The notes under the pieces are model-generated. The model was not told where the DNA came from. It made no database searches and saw nothing but the letters and a program-made list of their open reading frames with translations. Shown here one piece after another: positions 1-7,183 of a stretch of 10,949 nucleotides of DNA. Source of the DNA: Paramicrosporidium saccamoebae KSL3 (taxonomy: Eukaryota; Fungi; Cryptomycota). Location of the stretch: positions 6,090-17,038 of the forward strand of contig MTSL01000077.1 in the NCBI GenBank assembly GCA_002794465.1, given 5' to 3'. The position numbers and the translations under genes were made by a program. Every line of letters begins with the position of its first letter. Position 1 is the first letter of the stretch.

Positions 1-311
1 GGTCCCAACAGTCAGCATGGCCAACATTGCTATTGCGGCAATGGTTTTCCATTCTCCCTCAAGAACGGGGAGCCAACGGCAAGAGCAACCCAGACCCAGA
101 GGACGTGTATTTGTGGGCTGAAGCGTGCCATCAACCACACTTCAGCCACGGCCGAGAAAATGACCGCAAGTGCGGTGCGACGAATATCGTCCGACAGAGC
201 GTCTACTTTACGAATATCAACGACTGTACAATGTGTTAACGCTAGAGAATGCTGTGTACTGATTATCTGGAACAAGTGAATTAAGATACCGCCGACACCG
301 AGGCTCATCAT
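1..311 (-). pseudogene. Membrane protein A, copy 1 (5' part, runs off left edge; 1-nt deletion = real frameshift or sequencing error)
   Basis: Colinear with copy 2 at offset 2311/2312; 74/103 aa identical by hand count. CCC at 56-58 versus CCCC at 2367-2370 shifts the frame. Restoring one base gives GEWKTIAAIAMLAMLTVGT, matching copy 2. ATGs at 311 and 308. Confidence 0.6.
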
Positions 312-926
312 TGTGCGTTGTGGGGGACTCACCGCGGGTCTACCCCTTGGCCAATCACAACTGGTACCAAACGTTGGGTGGTGCGAGGCAGCTTTAGGCT
401 CAGTCGGCCATCATGCTGCCCTGTGGCCTCTGGGGCGTTAAATGTGAGTCTGATTGATTTGAATAGCCAAGGCGTTCTCTTTTGCCAGCTGATTGCATCA
501 CACCTACCTTGTCGTCCAAAGACGGTCCAATTCTACACTTTATGGGCCATTAAGCATTCTGACTGACGTGCCAAGTCCGTCTATCACAGAATGTGTTCAA
601 TTGTGATGATTAGACTGTCTCACAACAAAGCTCTTATGAATTCAGAGCTAGTCAAAATCTTAGTGTCACGTCTTTTACCGTATGGGAGCTTTTGATTCTG
701 ATGGGGCGATATTCGTATTTTATATCTCCAAATGCACTGCAAAAGCCCCAAATGTGGCAAATTGCTTACGAGGCTCAAGGTTCTGCGCTAGCCAATGGCT
801 GCAGAGTAATAGCCATAGCCATAGTCAACTGAAACGAACCAATCAATGATTCTATTCAACGACGGGGGCCATTCATTCCTGATAGATATATATATCTTGA
901 AGTATCTACTCCACACACATCCTACC
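312..926. promoter_or_regulatory. Putative bidirectional promoter between A1 and B1
   Basis: Lies between divergent ATGs. Blocks identical to unit 2: 368-391, 791-810 (contains CCAAT) and 877-900 (contains TATATATA, ~40 nt before the B ATG). Confidence 0.6.
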
Positions 927-1568
927 ATGATGGATATTAGCACGGTCAATGATCGTTCTAGGAATGACTCGCAAAAACGACAGGAGAATGTCAGCACAGT
1001 GTACGAACTTTATTGGTGGTTCCACAATCACATCATCTTCCTTCCCATACTCTTCCCTGCGAACGTGGCAGAGTTGTTTTCTTACTGGACACCGATTGGG
1101 CTTACGATGCTTTACTTTATCTTTTTGGCGATCCTTAAATCCCGCGCAGCATATCATCGGAAAATTTACACACTACCAAACACTGATAATGGCGATGAAA
1201 GTAAGAGCAACTTAGCGATATGCCTGAAAAGTATCTTTTACTGTGAAGCCAAGATGGCTCCCTGCAGCAATTCTCTTATGTTTAGTCTTTGGAGAGTGCT
1301 GGGCTATCGGGTCGTGTATAAACTTTTTCCACAGCATCTCGTCTGCATATACTTTGCAGTGTCATGGCTCTCTTGGGTCATCCAGCTTTTCATGTCTGCA
1401 TATCTCGGTGACTGTTTTAGGCAGAGGGACGATTTGATCTACAATGGTCGACGTTTTAGAGTTATTCTGCCGGGAGCCCATTATTCCACGATTCAAGATG
1501 AGAAGCAGAACATTATGTATTATTCAACCATTGATCTTTGTGGGCTGGTTCCATCTAAAAATTTATAA
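927..1568 (+). CDS. Uncharacterised membrane protein B, copy 1 (213 aa, ~2-3 TM segments)
   Basis: Open frame; paralog 3251-3892 has the same length (642 nt) and aligns without gaps, 115/213 aa identical by hand count. Hydrophobic stretches FSYWTPIGLTMLYFIFLAIL and LVCIYFAVSWLSWVIQLFMSAYL. ATG 927 preferred over 846 because the 846-equivalent ATG is out of frame in copy 2. Confidence 0.8.
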   Translation: MMDISTVNDRSRNDSQKRQENVSTVYELYWWFHNHIIFLPILFPANVAELFSYWTPIGLTMLYFIFLAILKSRAAYHRKIYTLPNTDNGDESKSNLAICLKSIFYCEAKMAPCSNSLMFSLWRVLGYRVVYKLFPQHLVCIYFAVSWLSWVIQLFMSAYLGDCFRQRDDLIYNGRRFRVILPGAHYSTIQDEKQNIMYYSTIDLCGLVPSKNL

Positions 1569-1611
1569 GCAGCATTTCGATAAATCAATGTGCAGTGGTC
1601 GTCCTAATGTT

Positions 1612-1780
1612 GCGTAGTGGGGATAATACCACGGCCCAGTTTGGGCGAGAAGAGAACCTGTTCACTGCTAATCCTAGAATAATATGGATACACATTTCAC
1701 TGTCCTCAAATACCCAGCAACTAGGTCTCTTCCAAACTAATCAACCCTCTACGTCAAATACCCGACTAATCAATCCTCTG
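1612..1780. repeat. Non-coding segment X, direct repeat of 5356-5570
   Basis: GCGTAGTGGGGATAATACCAC (1612-1632) versus GCATAGTGGGGATAATACCAC (5356-5376), 20/21; TCAAATACC...CTAATCAATC at 1754-1775 versus 5544-5565. Confidence 0.8.
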
Positions 1781-1891
1781 CCTCTACGGCACACTAATAT
1801 ACATCTAGGCTGTAACGACCAGAATAGCGCCTCTTACTCATGGTCCCAGAAATACCACGATGAACCGCCCACTCTATACATGTATAACAGT

Positions 1892-2620
1892 TTATTCTTG
1901 AGTGTAGATGCAGGCGATAGCATGAAGTATAGCGGCTTCGCATGCAATAAGCGTTGCCTCTCGGTCGGTATGGGTGCACGTAGAAAGTATCATAAAGTCG
2001 CAGTACATGATTAGCCCGATCCAGGCAGTTGCAAAGAGTATGGCTCTGACTACTGAACGAAACTGGAAAACAAATATAATGGGCACGACAGTGAAAAGGT
2101 TGATTGCGGCTTTCCCGACCTCGCTCGGCTCTACCTCGCACCAGACCAAGAGCATGCAAAAACCGATGTATGCCATAAAGCTCATTGTGTACATAATGGT
2201 CCGCCATGGCTGTAACAAATCTCTCTGCTCGGGCTTTAACCATTCTATTGGCTTCAAGATTCTGTTTAGCCGCTCCTGTCCCGGTAGGGAGTCTCGGAAG
2301 TTGGACAGGGCAGTCCCAACAACCAGCATGGCTAGCATTACCATTGCAGCAATGGTTTTCCATTCTCCCCTAAGGAAAGGGGAGCCCCCGACAAGGACAA
2401 CCCAGACCCAAAGGATGTGGATTTGCGGACTGAAGCGTGCCATCAACACCATTTCACCCACAACCGAGAAAACGAAAACAACTGCAGCCCGACGGGCATT
2501 GTCTGAAAGTGCGCTAATTTCAACAAGATCAACGACTATAAAGCCTGTTAACACCAGAAGATGTTGTGTACTGATGATCTGGAACAAGTGAATCAAGATA
2601 CCGCCGACACCGAGGTACAT
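1892..2620 (-). CDS. Uncharacterised multi-pass membrane protein A, copy 2 (242 aa, ~7-9 hydrophobic segments)
   Basis: Uninterrupted, strongly hydrophobic ORF with two paralogs in the window. The ATG at 2620 aligns with ATG 308 in copy 1 and lies one codon from ATG 5014 in copy 3; the track's GTG at 2644 is not needed. Confidence 0.8.
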   Translation of the reverse strand: MYLGVGGILIHLFQIISTQHLLVLTGFIVVDLVEISALSDNARRAAVVFVFSVVGEMVLMARFSPQIHILWVWVVLVGGSPFLRGEWKTIAAMVMLAMLVVGTALSNFRDSLPGQERLNRILKPIEWLKPEQRDLLQPWRTIMYTMSFMAYIGFCMLLVWCEVEPSEVGKAAINLFTVVPIIFVFQFRSVVRAILFATAWIGLIMYCDFMILSTCTHTDREATLIACEAAILHAIACIYTQE

Positions 2621-3250
2621 TATTGTGTGTTGTGAGGGACTCACCGCGGGTCCATCTCTTAACCAATCACAACTGGTATCAAACGTTGGGTGGTGCGAGG
2701 CAGATTCAGGTTCAATCAGTCATCATGTTGCTCTGTAGCTTCTGGGATGTCAAATTTGAGTCTGACTGATTTTAAATAACCAACATGGGGGAATAGTCGA
2801 GGCGTTTTCTTTTGCAAGCTGATTGCATTGTACCTACATTTTCGCCCAAACACGGCCCAATTCTACATTATAGATACTATTGAACGCTTTAAATGACGTG
2901 TCAGGTCCGTCTATGACGGAATGTGCTCAGCTATGGCGGCTCGAATGTTTCAAACAATGCTCTTGTGCATTCAGAGTTTGTCAAAATCTTGGTGCCATAC
3001 TCTTTACTAAATGGTATCTTTTGATTATGAGGAGACGACGTTCATGGCTTATGTTACCGAGCGCACAATGAAAATCGGATGAAGCAATTTTTGCGGGGTC
3101 CAGCCTCCTACTGGCCAATGGCTGCAGAGTAATCATCGTAGTCAATCGGAATTGAAACTGGCCAATCAATGATTCCATTAAATTTACGGGGGCCACTCAC
3201 TCCTGATAGATATATATATCTTGATGTATCCATTCCGTACAAACCCCAGC
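2621..3250. promoter_or_regulatory. Putative bidirectional promoter between A2 and B2
   Basis: Homologous to 312-926; identical blocks at 2680-2703, 3114-3133 and 3201-3224 (TATA-like). Confidence 0.6.
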
Positions 3251-3892
3251 ATGGTAAATACTAACACAACCTACGATAGCTATTGGGATGCTTTATACGA
3301 AAGACTGGAATTTGTTGTAGCGTATTATAATCAACTTTGGTGCCTTCACATCTGCAGCATCTTTATTCCCACATTTATCCCAGTAAGTCGAGTAGATCGG
3401 TTCTTCTATTGGACACCAGTTGGGCTCATACCGCTGTATTTCCTCCTTTTGGCAATTCTTAAACGCCGCGCAGCATCTCAGTGGAAAATTGGCACGCTGC
3501 CAAACACTGATAATAGAGACGAAACCGAGAACACGTTGGTGACAGGCCTGAAAAAGATCTTTTACTCTGAAGCAAAGATGGCTCCCTGCATCCATCCATT
3601 CCTCTCTACTCTTTGGAGATTCCTGGGCTACCGTGTCGTGCATGAACTCTTCCCACGGCGTGTTGTCTACGTATATTTTATAGTGGCATGGCTTTCCTAT
3701 GTTTTTCAGGCTTTCATGTCTGCGTGCCTCTGTGACAGATCCAAGTGGGTCAATGATTTGGCTTATAATGGCCGACGTTTTAGAGCTGTTTGGCTGGGAG
3801 CCCATTATTCTACGCTTCAAGATGAGAATCAGAACATTTTGTATTACCCAACCATTGATCTTTATGGACTAGTCGCATCCAGAAATCTATAG
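3251..3892 (+). CDS. Uncharacterised membrane protein B, copy 2 (213 aa)
   Basis: Gap-free paralog of 927-1568 with shared blocks YWTP.GL, TLPNTDN, EAKMAPC, LGYRVV, YNGRRFR and GAHYST. AATAAA at 3903-3908 just after the stop. Confidence 0.8.
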   Translation: MVNTNTTYDSYWDALYERLEFVVAYYNQLWCLHICSIFIPTFIPVSRVDRFFYWTPVGLIPLYFLLLAILKRRAASQWKIGTLPNTDNRDETENTLVTGLKKIFYSEAKMAPCIHPFLSTLWRFLGYRVVHELFPRRVVYVYFIVAWLSYVFQAFMSACLCDRSKWVNDLAYNGRRFRAVWLGAHYSTLQDENQNILYYPTIDLYGLVASRNL

Positions 3893-4139
3893 ATGGCATT
3901 TCAATAAATCCATGAACAATAGTTTTTGTATTCTTCATTTAAGCTACAGTCACTACAATTCTCTTTTTCATTAATGGTTCCAAGTCATGTCAACCTACAA
4001 AAATTCTGCACTTTTACAGGTTTTCAAAACGAGGGCATGGAGTAATTCAGCCGCCCGATCGCCATATATCATCGTTTTGGAAATCCAACTGTAGATGCTG
4101 GGGGTGGTTAAAGAAAGCTAGACGAGACAAACCCGCCCA

Positions 4140-5014
4140 TTATATGGATAGACGGACGGGATCCATTTTAATGGCCTCGAAGATTCGCTCGGAGACTTTT
4201 ATCCCGGTAGATGAAAGGTGGTTAAAGCGGTCCCCAAAACCAGCAGGAGTGCTGTGAGTGTCTTGTTTGTCTCGCAAGGATGAACCAGATCCAAAACACG
4301 TGGATTTTATCATGATATCAAAAACCACTTTGAAAACAACGGAAATCATAAAAGCTTCTAGATCTTTGTAAAGAATATCCGGGTAGATAACAAAGCTGCA
4401 GTAACAGGCCGATGCTGCCCAGCCTGCCACAGGCACCGTCATACGAGGGCTCCATTTGTACCGGAAAAGAACTGTCACTAGCAGAAACGGGATTAGGCGA
4501 ATCACCGCCATGCCAATGCTGTACGGGCCAGCCCTACTCCATAGAGCAAACGAACTGGACGAGATTTATAGCGCCCAGCTGCTAGCAGAGCCCGGGTGGC
4601 CAAGTTTTCTCTCAATGTGGGCTTGACCCATTCAATAGCCTGGAGAAATTTGGTTACTATTTCTTGGCCTGGCAGGTGCTCATAAAAGCTGGTGAGTGCG
4701 GCCCCCACAGTCAGTATTCCTAGCATCTCGATCGCTACACAAAGCTCCCACTCTCCCCCTAGAAACGGGGTCCCAACAGCAAGGATCATTCACGCTCAGA
4801 ATATGTGGACCCTTGGGTTAACTCGTATAGACATTGCAGCTTCTGTGATGATGGTGGTGGTCAGTAGCGCGGCTCCGGCCCGGCGAGTGTTGTCCGATAA
4901 AGAGGTAATCTCAAAAGCATTGGCAACTATCTAACAGGTCAGTGCCAAAAGAGTTCGGGTACTGATGACTTGTAGAAAATATAGAGCAAGACCACTAGCA
5001 CTGAGACGCGTCAT
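4140..5014 (-). pseudogene. Membrane protein A, copy 3 (pseudogene)
   Basis: From ATG 5014: MTRLSASGLALYFLQVISTRTLLALTC*IVANAFEITSLSDNTRRA, aligning to copy 2. In-frame stops at 4931-4933 (TAG), 4796-4798 and 4790-4792 (TGA). Frameshift near 4565-4575 joins track ORFs 4502-4789 and 4140-4511. Confidence 0.85.
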
Positions 5015-5204
5015 GGCGCGCATTAAACAAGCTCGGTGAATAAATACGGAACATTGGCAGCCCACTCAAAAAGTACCTGATTTGGCATGTAGCGTAGCTA
5101 CATGATTGGTACAGACGCAGTGTTATTGCTACCGTGCAGTATAGAGGTTGCAAAGGCAGTTTGTAGAAATCTGCCGGCTGCTTCTTTATCGCATGTATCC
5201 TGCC

Positions 5205-5313
5205 AACTGTTTCACTATGCTGCAAAGGTTTTGTCAACTGTTTCATTGTACTACAAAGGTCTTGAATGGTTCCACTATACTGCAAAGGTCGTAAACGGTT
5301 CCACTCTAATACT
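5205..5313. repeat. Degenerate 29-31 bp minisatellite, about 3.7 units
   Basis: Units start at 5205, 5236, 5265 and 5294; consensus close to AA(C/T)(T/G)GTT(T/C)CA(C/T)T(A/G)T..T(G/A)CAAAGGT. Confidence 0.8.
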
Positions 5314-5355
5314 TCCCATTTAATACTTTGCTTTATCATAGAGATAATCTCTGTC

Positions 5356-5570
5356 GCATAGTGGGGATAATACCACATACTTCGTCAAGTGGAAAGAGAC
5401 GAGGTGAGAACTCATTCGCTGTTAATCCAGCAACCTACTTACAGTGTCACAAATAACGCAATAATCCTAACATGATGAAGATATAAATCTCATTATCTTT
5501 CATATATTGTTCCAATTGTATCATCCAAACTAGGAAATTATCTTCAAATACCTAGCTAATCAATCTTCTA
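5356..5570. repeat. Non-coding segment X', direct repeat of 1612-1780
   Basis: Same anchors as 1612-1780, with ~46 nt net extra sequence inside. Confidence 0.8.
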
Positions 5571-5654
5571 CATCGTAATCGCCACAACCAATAAACGGGT
5601 CGGGTTTCTTCAGCCTTCAATGCACGATCGCGGTATACCCCGGCCAGGTCGCAA

Positions 5655-7181
5655 ATGAAGACGATAGTATTCCTCACCCTCTGGTGGTTGCTTGCAAACC
5701 AGAGCTGGTGTCTCGTGATCGGCTACAATTCAGCTCATGATCTGACCCTCAACCTGGGAAAAGGCTCCTTTAAAGCGCTCTTCGCCTCGACTCCTTTAAG
5801 TGATGTCAGTATGCCGCTTGTGGGTGAACTTCTTACCAACCCGCATTCAAACCTCAGGCCTTATTATTTCAGCAGCTGTGCTCGTCGCACCGACCTGCAT
5901 CTTGTCCTTCATAATGCGGCTAATCTAACCGAGACAACTCGCGATGCACTACTGGATTGGCAGTGTCTGGAAAAGGCACCAATGATCCGGGCATGGGCTC
6001 TTTCGATGCAATTGCCCACCGCCGTGCCACTCGATTATGCCGTTTGGACTCGGGAGGAGTGGATTGTTGCATTTCAGACTGCCCAATATCCACACCATTG
6101 GTGCGTCTCAGTGCCGACAAGTTTCCTGGACGACAATTTTTTGGACGAAATAGACTTGGTGTCGCATCTGAAAAAGCGTTGTCTGGAAGAAAATTATCCG
6201 AGCCGAACGCTCATAGTCAATGCGCTCCATAGAAGATTATTAAGTGCAAGTGAAGAGTCATTGACGCGGTTTTTGTTAGAGTTTCGTAAGCTTTGGCTGG
6301 GGCCGGATACTGAAAGCATCCTTAAGTACGTCATCTGCATGTCATTGAGCGGTACTGAAACGGCTGCCCTGAATGCCGCGCTATACCGCTGTCCGAATCT
6401 GAGTACCACGGCACCAAATGTTGAGGACAAAGTCCGAGCTCTGTTGCAGGGTGACTCTTCAACCAGCTACAAATTGTGCCTTTTAAAGATCCTAATGTTA
6501 GAAACGGGAATCCCGTCCGTCCTTTCAACAGTCAACCCGCAGCGCCCACCCATAGAAGGTGTTTCTTGTCACCAAGTGCTTCAATTTGTCACTGAGCATC
6601 TAGACAATGTGAATGCAGAGGATAAGCAAGATCTACTGGCTTTGCTGGGGATCCAGTATCAAGCGACTCTCTCCCACTTGTCAACCCCCGTGCATCTGCT
6701 GCTAGAGCAGTCCTTTGAGATGAGGTTGGCACTTTATAGACAAGCAGCCATGATGCCCGTCTCTAACTATGTGAGACCGCGACACTATTTATGCATTACA
6801 AATGACACGCTGAATCGCGCGTTGGAACGCTACATTTCTTCGAATGATTACTTGCGCAATGGCAACATGTTTAGACCACGGGTATTGTCCAATCTCCAAA
6901 AGCTGGAAACTGTCCTGAATTTATTAATATACTCTCTGGTGGTCTTTGGTAACCTCCCTGTGCGACTGAATCCAGCATTTTGCTCTGATTTCGGAAGGGA
7001 ATATCACTGGATTGACTTTGCGCACTATCTCAGCGATCCATCAAATAGACCTTTGTCAATGGAGCAGCTCGAGTTGCGGTCGGTACGGATAGAGCGTCAG
7101 TTTCGGAGGCTGTGGAAATCTTGGGGCTTTGACATTTATTTTAGTAGCGACCTCTGTAGCATGCTGACTGCACAATACTAA
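5655..7181 (+). CDS. Hypothetical secreted protein (508 aa, N-terminal signal peptide)
   Basis: 1.5-kb uninterrupted ORF. MKTIVFLTLWWLLANQSWC has a basic N-region, a hydrophobic core and small/polar residues before a likely cleavage site. No family recognised. Confidence 0.8.
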   Translation: MKTIVFLTLWWLLANQSWCLVIGYNSAHDLTLNLGKGSFKALFASTPLSDVSMPLVGELLTNPHSNLRPYYFSSCARRTDLHLVLHNAANLTETTRDALLDWQCLEKAPMIRAWALSMQLPTAVPLDYAVWTREEWIVAFQTAQYPHHWCVSVPTSFLDDNFLDEIDLVSHLKKRCLEENYPSRTLIVNALHRRLLSASEESLTRFLLEFRKLWLGPDTESILKYVICMSLSGTETAALNAALYRCPNLSTTAPNVEDKVRALLQGDSSTSYKLCLLKILMLETGIPSVLSTVNPQRPPIEGVSCHQVLQFVTEHLDNVNAEDKQDLLALLGIQYQATLSHLSTPVHLLLEQSFEMRLALYRQAAMMPVSNYVRPRHYLCITNDTLNRALERYISSNDYLRNGNMFRPRVLSNLQKLETVLNLLIYSLVVFGNLPVRLNPAFCSDFGREYHWIDFAHYLSDPSNRPLSMEQLELRSVRIERQFRRLWKSWGFDIYFSSDLCSMLTAQY

Positions 7182-7183
7182 TC

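Larger units (their letters stand above)
1..1590. repeat. Tandem segmental duplication unit 1 (A1 + intergenic + B1); homologous to ~2312-3910 and, for gene A only, to ~4700-5014
   Basis: Direct alignment: 41-50 ATGGTTTTCC = 2352-2361; 332 aligns to 2644; 927 aligns to 3251; AACGGGG 64-70 aligns to 4764-4770. Confidence 0.95.
2312..3910. repeat. Tandem segmental duplication unit 2 (portion alignable to 1-1590)
   Basis: 333-460 versus 2645-2772 is 107/128 identical with no gaps; coding paralogy on both sides; similarity ends shortly after the B stop (GCATTTC-RATAAATC). Confidence 0.95.

Noticed and set aside
267-332. GTGAGT...TTCCAG 66-nt in-frame intron at the 5' end of gene A (also 2579-2644)
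   Set aside because: Protein similarity and the ATG continue through this stretch in all three copies, copy 3 has CAA instead of CAG, and I found no ATG-initiated upstream exon in frame.
333-460. Hidden coding exon in the gap-free conserved intergenic block
   Set aside because: Mismatches fall 7/6/8 across the three codon positions, so there is no coding periodicity.
846-926. N-terminal extension of B1 from ATG 846
   Set aside because: It runs through the TATA element, and the equivalent ATG in unit 2 is out of frame with B2.
1794-2591. Overlapping ORFs 1974-2591(+) and 1794-2363(-), and similar ORFs 27-239, 3293-3820 and 4692-4934
   Set aside because: Shadow or alternative frames of genes A and B; the paralogs conserve length and hydrophobic pattern in the A and B frames, not in these.
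4790-4798. TGA read as Trp (two TGA at Trp positions in A3)
   Set aside because: The same copy also has a TAG and a frameshift, and TGA ends MMSDH at its expected C-terminus.
4995-5378. ORFs 4995-5378(-) and 5102-5323(+)
   Set aside because: Their repetitive translation simply reflects the minisatellite; no homology to A or B.
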